64,000 nt of DNA, from the NCBI GenBank assembly GCA_964557415.1, contig CAZLBB010000002.1, positions 25,645 to 89,644 on the forward strand. The letters are read 5' to 3'. Source of the DNA: an uncultured Rhodospirillaceae bacterium. Lineage in GTDB: Bacteria > Pseudomonadota > Alphaproteobacteria > JAEULC01. Below, piece by piece: positions 55,549-64,000 of the stretch (its first letter is position 1; the number at the start of each line of letters is the position of its first letter). A program made the translations under genes and the position numbers. The notes below the pieces were generated by a model. It was not told the origin of the DNA. It saw only the letters and a list, made by a program, of their open reading frames with translations, and did no database searches.

Positions 55549-57735
55549 CTATGGCGCAGGCGCTCGCGCATTGCGCCGCGCCACCCAGGGGCGCTCGCCC
55601 CGTCTTGCGGCGACATGCTCGATCAGGGGCGCGGCGCCGCGCTGCAGCCAGATCGCGTGCGCGCCGTTGCGCCACAGCGCAAACCGGTCGATCACCGCCG
55701 CGGGCGCGCGGCAGCCGCGCCGGATCGGCACGAAGCTGACCACGACGTCGGCGCGCGCGCATTCCTCCACGACGGCCGCCTGGTCGCGCACCAGCGCCGC
55801 GACACGGCCGTGGCGACGATAGACGCACGCCAGCGCGTCGCAATGGAGCGACGCGTCGGGCGACTCGAGCGAGGCGCTGGCGGGATCCGGCCCCCTGCCG
55901 TTGCGCGCCTGGTCGATGCGCGACTGGCCGGCGCGGCGCAGCCAGGTCTCGATCGTGATGCGGCTGGCGCCCTTGTCGGACAGCAGCACCAGCCCGTCGG
56001 TGCCGCGCACCGCCATCAGGCGCGCGTCGCCCGCCACGAGGATGTCGGGTCCGCGCGCGAGCGCCATCGACGTCAGGCCGAGCAGCATCGGCGCAAGACC
56101 GAGGGCGCGCCACGCGCCGCGCCACAGGCAAAGCCAGACGAGCCCCGCGCTCGCGACGAGGAGCCCCCACAGCGGCATCGCCGGCAGCAGCGCCACGGCG
56201 CCCGGCCAGGCGGCGACCGTCTCTGCGGTGGCGATGACGGCCGCTGCGCCCCAGCCCATCGGCACCAGCGCCCAGTGCTCGAGGCCGAACGGCATCAGCG
56301 CCAGCGCCAGCATGCCCAGCGGCATGATCCAGTGCGCGGTGATCGGCACGGCGACCAGGTTGGCTACCAGGCCGTAGAGCGGGAACCGGTTGAAGTGATA
56401 GGCGGCGTAGATGCCGGTCGCGGCGCTGCCGATCAGCGTCGTCAGCAGCACCGCTGCGACGTAGAGGCCGGCGCGCCCGAGCGGCCCCGCGCCGTCGCGC
56501 CAGGCGGCAAGACGGTCGCGCAGGCCCTCATAGGCGGCGACGAGCCCCAAAACGGCGGCGAAGCTCATCTGGAAGCTCGCTCCCATCAACACCTCCGGCA
56601 GCACCAGCAGGATCGCCGCCGCCGCCCAGGCGACCAGCCGCATCGAGATCGCCTCGCGGTCGACCAGGACACCCAGCAGCACGATGCCGATCATCAGGAA
56701 GGCGCGCTCGGTCGGCGGCGTCGGACCCGCCAGCAGGAAGTAGAAGGCCGCCCCGGCGAAGGCCGCCACGGCGGCCCATTTCTTGATCGGATAGCGCAGC
56801 GCCACCGGCTCGACCAGGCACAGCGCGCCGCGCACGACGAAGAACAGGATGCCGGCGACCAACGCGAAGTTGAGCCCGGAAATCGCGATCAGATGCGCAA
56901 GGCCGGCGTCGCGCATCGCCTCCTGCACGTCCTCCGGGATGCCGGCGCGGTCGCCGATCAGCAGCGCCGATGCCAGCGGCCCGGCTACCTTGTCGCCGAT
57001 CCCGGCGCGGATGCGCTGGCCGACGTCCTCGCGCAGCTGCTCGAGCGCCAGCCAGAACGACCAGCGCGGCGCGTCGTCGCGCAGGCCGCGCGCCGGAGCG
57101 ATCGAGAACCCGGTGGCGCCGATGCCCTGGAAGAATGCGTGGCGCTGGAAATCGTAGGCGCCGGGTGCCACCGGCGGCGACACCGGCTGCAGCAGCGCGC
57201 GCACGGCGATGCGGCGGCCGAGCGCAGCCTCCTCGCCATGACGCGCGTTCAACCGCAGCCGGACGCGCCGCGGCGTCTCCGCCTCGCCCAGCCCGGGGAT
57301 CGAAAGCTCGCCCAGGACGACGCGCTTCGCCCCATCCGCCAGCAACTCGCGGTCGACAATGCGCCCCGTGACCTCGACCGGCCCCAGCCGCTCGGCGAGC
57401 AACGGCGTGGCGACCACGGCGGTGCGAAGCTGCGCCGCCGCGAAGCCCGCCCCCGCCGCGCCGATCGCCCAGGCCAGCAGGTAGGCGCCCAGGCGCGCCG
57501 GACCGGCGAGCAGCGCAAGGGCCGCGGCAGCGAGGAGCCAGAGCGGGCCGATCCACCAGGACGGCTCCACCGGCAGCGCGAAATAGACCGCGACGCCCGT
57601 GCCGATCGCCACCGGCAGCCACAGCACCCATTGCTCGCGCTCGGCGAGGAATGCGGCGGCGAGGCGGGCGGTAACGCGACCGAAAGGTTGCGACCCCGCC
57701 CAGCCCGGATTGCCACCGACGCTGCCGATGGTCAT
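55549..57735 (-). CDS. comEC: ComEC/Rec2 family competence protein
   Basis: [24 protein letters not shown], multiple TM segments; start uncertain. Confidence 0.92.
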   Translation of the reverse strand: MTIGSVGGNPGWAGSQPFGRVTARLAAAFLAEREQWVLWLPVAIGTGVAVYFALPVEPSWWIGPLWLLAAAALALLAGPARLGAYLLAWAIGAAGAGFAAAQLRTAVVATPLLAERLGPVEVTGRIVDRELLADGAKRVVLGELSIPGLGEAETPRRVRLRLNARHGEEAALGRRIAVRALLQPVSPPVAPGAYDFQRHAFFQGIGATGFSIAPARGLRDDAPRWSFWLALEQLREDVGQRIRAGIGDKVAGPLASALLIGDRAGIPEDVQEAMRDAGLAHLIAISGLNFALVAGILFFVVRGALCLVEPVALRYPIKKWAAVAAFAGAAFYFLLAGPTPPTERAFLMIGIVLLGVLVDREAISMRLVAWAAAAILLVLPEVLMGASFQMSFAAVLGLVAAYEGLRDRLAAWRDGAGPLGRAGLYVAAVLLTTLIGSAATGIYAAYHFNRFPLYGLVANLVAVPITAHWIMPLGMLALALMPFGLEHWALVPMGWGAAAVIATAETVAAWPGAVALLPAMPLWGLLVASAGLVWLCLWRGAWRALGLAPMLLGLTSMALARGPDILVAGDARLMAVRGTDGLVLLSDKGASRITIETWLRRAGQSRIDQARNGRGPDPASASLESPDASLHCDALACVYRRHGRVAALVRDQAAVVEECARADVVVSFVPIRRGCRAPAAVIDRFALWRNGAHAIWLQRGAAPLIEHVAARRGERPWVARRNARAPAP

Positions 57736-57924
57736 GCGGCGCTCCCCCAATTCGAGCATGCCCGCCGCCGCGCCCCTGGTCAAAGGCGGTGCGGGACGTT
57801 CCCAAACGCGTCATGCCCAGGCTCGGGTGTCCGCTTCGGGCCGGCGGCAAACTCGCGGCGCGTGTGCTATGCAACGCCGCGGGGCCGGTTCACCGCATCG
57901 CCGCCACTGGCTCCCGAAGCCGTC

Positions 57925-57952
57925 GATGCCCGGGACAAGCCCGGGCATGACG
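57925..57952. repeat. Alphaproteobacterial REP-like palindrome
   Basis: GATGCCCGGGACAAGCCCGGGCATGACG, 9-bp stem ATGCCCGGG/CCCGGGCAT; resembles the common GTCATGCCCGGGCTTGTCCCGGGCATC repeat (from memory). Confidence 0.7.
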
Positions 57953-57997
57953 AAATCGTGGGGCCGACTGAACGAACAAACGATCGAGATTCCACCC

Positions 57998-59401
57998 ATG
58001 ACCGTCACCGTCCGCTTCGCCCCATCGCCGACCGGGTTCCTGCATATCGGCGGCGCGCGCACGGCGTTGTTCAACTGGCTGTTCGCCCGCCATCACGGCG
58101 GGAAGTTCCTGCTGCGCATCGAGGATACCGACCGGCAGCGCTCCACCCAGGCGGCGATCGACGCGATCGTCGACGGCTTGAAATGGCTCGAGCTCGACTG
58201 GGACGGCGACATCGTCTTCCAGTTCGCGCGCTCGCCCCGGCACGCCGAGGTCGCCCGCCGCCTGCTGGCGGAGGGCAAAGCCTATTGCTGCTACGCCTCG
58301 CCGGAGGAGCTCGAGCAGATGCGCGCCGAGCAGAAGGCCAAGGGCCTGTCGCTGCGCTACGACGGACGCTGGCGCGACCGCGACCCCAAGGAAGCGCCGC
58401 CCGGCGTCAAGCCGGTGATCCGGCTGAAGGCGCCCCAGACCGGCGACACCATGGTCGAAGACCGCGTGCAAGGCCGCATCACCGTCGCCAACGAGCAGCT
58501 CGACGACATGGTGCTGCTGCGTGCCGACGGCACGCCGACCTACATGCACTCGGTCGTGGTCGACGACATCGACATGGGCATCACGCACGTGATCCGCGGC
58601 AGCGACCACATGACCAACACGTTCCGCCAGGTCCAGCTCTACCGCGCGATCGGCGCGGAGCCGCCGCAGTTCGCGCACATCCCGCTGATCCACGGGCCGG
58701 ACGGCGCCAAGCTGTCGAAGCGCCACGGCGCGCTTGGCGTCGAGGCGTATCGCGACATGGGCTACCTGCCCGAGGCCATGCGCAACTACCTGCTGCGGCT
58801 CGGCTGGGCGCATGGCGACGACGAGATCATCCCGACCGACAAGGCGATTGAATGGTTCGACCTCGACGGCGTCGGCCAGTCGCCGGCGCGCTTCGACTTC
58901 GCCAAGCTCGACAGCGTCAACGCGCACTACATGCGCGAGGCGCCGGATGCGCGGCTGGCCGCCCTGATGCGCCCGTTCCTGGAGAAGAAGCGCGGCAAGC
59001 CCGTCGACGCGCACGGCTTCGCCCGCATCCTGCGCGGCATGCCCGGCCTGAAGCCGCGCGCCCATACATTGGTCCAGCTGGCCGACATCGCCGCCTTCTA
59101 CGTCGCCGACCGCCCGCTGCCGATGGACGACAAGGCGCAGAAGCTGCTGACGCCGGAGGCCAAGGCCATGCTCGGCCGCCTGCGCGCGGCGCTCGCTTCG
59201 GTCGCGACATGGGAGGAAGCCGCCATCGAGCAGGCCGTGCGCGCCTTCGCCGAGGCCGAAAGGGTGGGGCTGGGCAAGGTGGCGCAGCCGCTGCGCGCGG
59301 CGCTGACCGGCACCACGGCCTCGCCCGGCATATTCGAGGTGATGGCGGTGCTGGGCAGCGCGGGATCCCTGGAAAGAATCGCCGATCAGGCAAGCGTTTG
59401 A
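57998..59401 (+). CDS. gltX: Glutamate--tRNA ligase
   Basis: [25 protein letters not shown]. Confidence 0.97.
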   Translation: MTVTVRFAPSPTGFLHIGGARTALFNWLFARHHGGKFLLRIEDTDRQRSTQAAIDAIVDGLKWLELDWDGDIVFQFARSPRHAEVARRLLAEGKAYCCYASPEELEQMRAEQKAKGLSLRYDGRWRDRDPKEAPPGVKPVIRLKAPQTGDTMVEDRVQGRITVANEQLDDMVLLRADGTPTYMHSVVVDDIDMGITHVIRGSDHMTNTFRQVQLYRAIGAEPPQFAHIPLIHGPDGAKLSKRHGALGVEAYRDMGYLPEAMRNYLLRLGWAHGDDEIIPTDKAIEWFDLDGVGQSPARFDFAKLDSVNAHYMREAPDARLAALMRPFLEKKRGKPVDAHGFARILRGMPGLKPRAHTLVQLADIAAFYVADRPLPMDDKAQKLLTPEAKAMLGRLRAALASVATWEEAAIEQAVRAFAEAERVGLGKVAQPLRAALTGTTASPGIFEVMAVLGSAGSLERIADQASV

Positions 59402-59546
59402 ACGGACTTGCCTCTATCGGCGCCTCCGCGCCGGGCGGCGTTGCCTATAGTGCCGCGCGAATTGCCAACGTTCCCGCCCTCGCGCTATGCTGCGATGCAG
59501 CGCCGGAAACGCCGTCGACGACCAGATTTCTGGGGGATAGGGACGC

Positions 59547-60887
59547 ATGGCCACCACGACCAAGACCGCAGCCGCGCCCAAGGCGGGAAAGAACGAGCAC
59601 ACGGTCACCCTGACCGACAACGCCACGGGCAAGAGCTGGACCTTCCCGGTGATGGGCGGCTCGATCGGGCCCAAGGTGATCGACGTCCGCAAGCTCTACG
59701 CCGACACCGGGTTCTTCACCTACGACCCGGGCTTCACCTCGACCGGCTCGTGCCAGTCGGCGCTCACCTTCATCGACGGCGACGAGGGCGTCCTGCTGCA
59801 TCGCGGCTACGCCATCGAAGACCTGGCCGAGCACAGCGACTTCATGGAGGTCTGCTACCTGCTGCTGAACGGCGAGCTGCCGAACGCGACGCAGAAGGCC
59901 AAGTTCGAGCACGACATCACCTACCACACGATGGTGCACGAGCAGCTGCAGTATCTCTATCGCGGCTTCCGCCGCGACGCGCATCCGATGGCGGTAATGG
60001 TCGGCGTGGTCGGCGCACTGTCGGCCTTCTATCACGACTCGACCGACATCAACGATCCGCACCAGCGCATGGTCGCCTCGCACCGGCTGATCGCCAAGAT
60101 GCCGACCATCGCCGCGATGGCCTACAAGTACTCGATCGGCCAGCCGTTCGTGTACCCGCGCAACGACCAGGACTACGCGACCAACTTCCTGCGCATGTGC
60201 TTCGCCGTGCCGTGCGAGGACTACAAGATCAATCCGGTGCTGTCCAAAGCGATGGACCGCATTTTCATCCTGCACGCGGACCACGAGCAGAACGCCTCGA
60301 CCTCGACCGTGCGCCTAGCCGGGTCGTCCGGCGCCAACCCGTTTGCCTGCATCGCCGCCGGCATCGCCAGCCTCTGGGGCCCGGCGCATGGCGGCGCGAA
60401 CGAGGCAGTCCTCAACATGCTGCGGCAGATCGGCAGCAAGGACAAGGTCCCGGAATACGTCAAGCGCGCCAAGAGCAAGGACGACAGCTTCCGCCTGATG
60501 GGCTTCGGCCACCGCGTCTACAAGAACTACGACCCGCGCGCGGCGGTCATGCGCAAGACCTGCCACGAAGTGCTGGAAGAGCTCGGCGTCAAGGACGAGC
60601 CATTGCTCGAGCTGGCGATGGAGCTCGAGCGCGTCGCGCTGGAGGACGACTACTTCGTCAGCAAGAAGCTGTACCCGAACGTGGACTTCTATTCGGGCAT
60701 CATTCTGAAGGCGATGGGCTTCCCGACCTCGATGTTCACCGTGCTGTTCGCGTTGGCACGCACCGTCGGCTGGGTGGCGCAGTGGAAGGAGATGATCGAG
60801 GATCCCTCGCAGAAGATCGGCCGGCCGCGGCAGCTCTATACCGGCCCGACCAAGCGGGCCTATGTTCCGGTGGCCAAGCGCCGCTAG
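59547..60887 (+). CDS. gltA: Citrate synthase, type II
   Basis: [40 protein letters not shown]. Confidence 0.97.
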   Translation: MATTTKTAAAPKAGKNEHTVTLTDNATGKSWTFPVMGGSIGPKVIDVRKLYADTGFFTYDPGFTSTGSCQSALTFIDGDEGVLLHRGYAIEDLAEHSDFMEVCYLLLNGELPNATQKAKFEHDITYHTMVHEQLQYLYRGFRRDAHPMAVMVGVVGALSAFYHDSTDINDPHQRMVASHRLIAKMPTIAAMAYKYSIGQPFVYPRNDQDYATNFLRMCFAVPCEDYKINPVLSKAMDRIFILHADHEQNASTSTVRLAGSSGANPFACIAAGIASLWGPAHGGANEAVLNMLRQIGSKDKVPEYVKRAKSKDDSFRLMGFGHRVYKNYDPRAAVMRKTCHEVLEELGVKDEPLLELAMELERVALEDDYFVSKKLYPNVDFYSGIILKAMGFPTSMFTVLFALARTVGWVAQWKEMIEDPSQKIGRPRQLYTGPTKRAYVPVAKRR

Positions 60888-60926
60888 GCAGGCGGCGGAC
60901 GGCGCGCACGCGAGAGAGGAACTCGA

Positions 60927-61136
60927 ATGGCGCAGAGACGGCCCTATGACCGGGCGCGGCCGGAGGCCCGCGGGCAGGCCGTTGCGATCGGGATGGGCTG
61001 GCTGGCCGCGCTGAGGCAGCGCGGCGCGACGGCCAACGACAATCGTCCGTCGCCGTGGACGGCACGCCTGACGACGACCGTGCTGCTGGCGCTGGCCCTC
61101 GCGCTGATCTACGCCAGCATCCGCTGGCTGCCCTGA
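60927..61136 (+). CDS. Small hypothetical membrane protein
   Basis: GAGGA RBS, 69 aa, ANDN segment, C-terminal TM helix. Confidence 0.55.
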   Translation: MAQRRPYDRARPEARGQAVAIGMGWLAALRQRGATANDNRPSPWTARLTTTVLLALALALIYASIRWLP

Positions 61137-61170
61137 CCGCTGTCCCCCCCCACGATCGGGGAGCGGCCGC

Positions 61171-62796
61171 CTACTCCGCCGCCCGCCGCGCCGCCCGGCC
61201 GGCGTGCCATTCCGATACGCGCTCGCTGCGGTATTGCCTCGGCTTGCCCGCAAGGTCGCCGGAAAGCCCCATTGGCTCGGGGCGAAACAGGCGCGCGTCC
61301 ATTTCGCGCAGGTCGGGTGCGATCCTGGGCTCGAACGCCATGTGCGCCAGCACATCGCGCTTCACGTCGACGCCAGGCGCGATCTCGATCAGCTCGAGGC
61401 CGTCGGCGACGCGGCGGAGCACGGCGCGCTCGGTGACGTAGAGCACCTGCTGCCGGCGCTGCCAGCCATAGTCGCCGTTGTAGGAGAGCTGCTCGACGCC
61501 GGCGATGAACTTGCGGTGCTTGCCCTCGCGCGCGATGCGCGTGCGCCCGCCGGGCCAGGCGATCTCGAGCCCCCCGGCGGTGAAGGTGCCGCCGAAGACG
61601 ACCTTGCGCGCGTTCTGCGAGATGTTGATGAAGCCGCCGATGCCGACGATCTTGCCTTCGAAGCGGCTGATGTTGACGTTGCCGCGTCCGTCGACCTGCG
61701 CGAAGGACAGGAAGGCGAGATCGAGCCCGCCGCCGTCGTAGAAGTCGAACTGGTAGGGCTGGTCGATCATCGCCTGGAAATTGCGCGCGGCGCCCGCCTC
61801 GGCGCCAATCGCCGGCGCGCCGCCGATCAGCCCCTGCTCGTTGGTCAGCACGATGCGCTCGAGGATCGCCTCCTCCGCGCCGACGATGCCGATGCCGGTC
61901 GAGATGCCGGAGCCGAGGTTGCAGACCGCGCCGGGGAACAGCTCCATCGCGCCGCGGCGCGCCACCACCTTGCGCGCGTCGAGCGGCAGCGGCGCGAACG
62001 ACGACAGCGGCTCGCGCAGCTCGCCGGCATAGGACGGCGAATACTCGGTCACGTAGGTCTGGCGCTGCGCCGGGTCGAGCACGACGAAGTCGACCAGCAT
62101 GCCCGCAATCTTCACCTGCTTGCCCGGCAGCGTGCCGCGGTTGGCCAGCCGCTTGACCTGGACCACGACCGTGCCGCCGGCGCGGCGCGTCGCCTGCGCC
62201 ATCGACAGCATCTCGCCGTAGATCGCCTCCTGCTCCATCGTCACGTTGCCGTCCTCGTCCGCGGTCGTGCCGCGCAGGAAGCACACGTCGACCGGCATCG
62301 GCTTGAAGAACAGCCACTCCTCGCCCTTGAGCGTGACCAGTTCGACGAGGTCCTCGGCGGCGCGCCTGCTCTGCCGGCCGCCACCGTGGCGCGGGTCGAC
62401 CAGCGTGTGGAGGCCGGTCTTGGTGAACAGGCCGGGCCGCCCGGCCGCCATCTCGCGCATCAGCTGCGACAAGGCGCCCTGCGGCAGGGTATAGGCCTCG
62501 ATCTTGTCCGCCATCGCCATGTCGGAGATCGGCGGCGAGTCGACATAGGTGCCGCAGACGATGCGCTTCAGCATCCCGTCCTGGGCGAAATGCCCCGCGC
62601 CGCGCGTGGCGCGATCGCCGAGCCCGACGGGATGCAGCGAGGTGATGGCGCGCGGATGCCCGCTCTCGCGGAAGCGCGTCCCGAGCGCGGCCATCAAGGC
62701 CTCCGGCACGGCGTGCCCGCCGCCGGAGCCGCCGATCAGCACCGTGTCGCCGTCGCGCACCAGCCGCGCCGCCTCGGCGGCCGAGATCACCTGCAC
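61171..62796 (-). CDS. Acyl-CoA:acetate/3-ketoacid CoA-transferase (Pct/YdiF family)
   Basis: GGSGGG, NEQG (catalytic Glu), FDFYDGGGLD, GFINISQNA, YVTERAV; GTG start with GGAGG RBS. Confidence 0.9.
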   Translation of the reverse strand: MQVISAAEAARLVRDGDTVLIGGSGGGHAVPEALMAALGTRFRESGHPRAITSLHPVGLGDRATRGAGHFAQDGMLKRIVCGTYVDSPPISDMAMADKIEAYTLPQGALSQLMREMAAGRPGLFTKTGLHTLVDPRHGGGRQSRRAAEDLVELVTLKGEEWLFFKPMPVDVCFLRGTTADEDGNVTMEQEAIYGEMLSMAQATRRAGGTVVVQVKRLANRGTLPGKQVKIAGMLVDFVVLDPAQRQTYVTEYSPSYAGELREPLSSFAPLPLDARKVVARRGAMELFPGAVCNLGSGISTGIGIVGAEEAILERIVLTNEQGLIGGAPAIGAEAGAARNFQAMIDQPYQFDFYDGGGLDLAFLSFAQVDGRGNVNISRFEGKIVGIGGFINISQNARKVVFGGTFTAGGLEIAWPGGRTRIAREGKHRKFIAGVEQLSYNGDYGWQRRQQVLYVTERAVLRRVADGLELIEIAPGVDVKRDVLAHMAFEPRIAPDLREMDARLFRPEPMGLSGDLAGKPRQYRSERVSEWHAGRAARRAAE

Positions 62797-62848
62797 GGTC
62801 GTTTCCTCCGATTGGGCGCCGTGGCCGGCGGTTTCGCCGGCGGCGCTC

Positions 62849-63292
62849 CTACTTCCGCTCGATCAGCTCGATCTTGTAGCCGTCCGGGTCCTCGATGAAG
62901 GCGATCACGCTGCCGCCGTGCTTCATCGGCCCGGGCGGACGCGGGATCTTCACGCCTTCCTTGGCGAGATTCTCGCACGTGCCGTAGATGTCGGGCACGC
63001 CGATGGCGAGATGGCCGAAGCCGCTGCCGATCGTGTACGGCTCCTTCTGCGGCCAGTTGTAGGTCAGCTCGATGACCGTGTTCTCCTCCTCGCTGCCGTA
63101 GCCGACGAAGGCGAGCGTGAACTCGCCGCTCGGGTAGTCCTTCTTGCGGATCAGGTTCATGCCGAGCAGGCGCGTGTAGAAGTCGAGCGACTTGTCGAGG
63201 TCCTTCACGCGGATCATCGTGTGCAGCAGGCGAAACTTGGACGCGTCGGTCGCGGCCGGTTTCCTGGTGGCGCCAGGGGTGACATCGTTCAT
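62849..63292 (-). CDS. gloA: Lactoylglutathione lyase (glyoxalase I)
   Basis: LHTMIRV, IELTYNW, GFGHLAI, EDPDGYKIELI. Confidence 0.95.
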   Translation of the reverse strand: MNDVTPGATRKPAATDASKFRLLHTMIRVKDLDKSLDFYTRLLGMNLIRKKDYPSGEFTLAFVGYGSEEENTVIELTYNWPQKEPYTIGSGFGHLAIGVPDIYGTCENLAKEGVKIPRPPGPMKHGGSVIAFIEDPDGYKIELIERK

Positions 63293-63467
63293 GGCGGTCC
63301 TCCACAGGGGTTGCGGCCAGTATAGCGCCAGCGCCCAGCCTGGGTAGAGTGGCGCGGGTCCGCGGATCGGCCCGCCCGGCTCGCCGGAAGACGCGCTCTC
63401 CCGCCCCCGACGGGAAAATGCCAAGGTAGAAGCCGCCCGTCGAACCGGCCACGAGGAGCCACACAGC

Positions 63468-64000
63468 TTGCCGCCATCCGCCGGGATTGCACGAGGTGTC
63501 ACAGGCGGATATTGCGGCCTCGCCGCGGCCCTGCTGCTGACGCTGTCGGCCATTCGCTATGACAAGGCGATCGTCGGCCTCTGCCTGGCGTTCTGTGCGC
63601 TGCGCTGGCGCGACGGCGTGGCCGTGTTTCGGCGTCGACGCGGGTTGATCGTGGCGACTCTCGCACTGCTGGCCTGGATCGCCGGCTTGACCTGGTTCCG
63701 CGACGACCGCATTTCGTATGTCCTCTTCTACCAGTACGCCGCGTTCGCCCTGTGCTTCCTCGCCGCGCTGGTCGCGCTCGAACGTCTCGACGACGCCGCG
63801 CCGGCGGCGCGCATCATGCTGCTGTTCAGCCTGCTGCCGGTGATCTTCGTCTTCATCCCGGAACCGGTCATGCAGGCGGAATACTTCAGGGTGTTACACC
63901 CGTTCGCCCTGCAGCACGGCCGCTGGACGTCGATCTTCAACAACGCCAACAACTACGGCATCGCCATGGCCGCCGGGATCGGGCTGGCCGCCTCGCTCTG
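63468..64000 (+). CDS. O-antigen ligase-like membrane protein, 5' part (runs off window end)
   Basis: Not in the ORF track; open frame from TTG at 63468 after GAGGAG RBS; several TM segments; GRWTSIFNNANNYG. Confidence 0.6.
   Translation, partial: MPPSAGIARGVTGGYCGLAAALLLTLSAIRYDKAIVGLCLAFCALRWRDGVAVFRRRRGLIVATLALLAWIAGLTWFRDDRISYVLFYQYAAFALCFLAALVALERLDDAAPAARIMLLFSLLPVIFVFIPEPVMQAEYFRVLHPFALQHGRWTSIFNNANNYGIAMAAGIGLAASL

Overview
High-GC (about 70%) alphaproteobacterial chromosome segment, Rhodospirillales-like by gene order (inference). Backbone genes: phosphonate ABC transporter end (phnD-C-E-E), acyl-CoA dehydrogenase/SDR, a PleD/PopA-like protein, glutathione-related genes, a TRAP transporter with catabolic enzymes, mfd-sdhE/recG, a TPR-CHAT protein, haloacetate dehalogenase, a Crp-family regulator, a class III aminotransferase, two paralogous hybrid histidine kinases, a cNMP-domain diguanylate cyclase, an amidase, and the conserved trpGDC-moaC-moeA-lexA-comEC-gltX-gltA block. 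The main unexplained structures are three. (1) A local Crp module: the regulator has the CRP DNA-reading helix (RETVAR), and two near-consensus CRP boxes sit at class II (-41.5) spacing from plausible -10 elements. One is upstream of the TPR-CHAT protease gene. The other is upstream of a roughly 180-nt structured RNA with terminator/antiterminator logic ahead of a beta-amino-acid transaminase. (2) A 6.1-kb lower-GC betaine uptake/methyltransferase island with no integrase, bracketed by a perfect 131-bp duplication of the mfd 3' end. (3) Small palindromic elements, including a heptamer-built inverted repeat and an apparent in-frame insertion, in one flavoprotein gene. No rRNA, tRNA, CRISPR array, transposase or integrase was seen. 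All motif matches were made by eye and no database searches were run.
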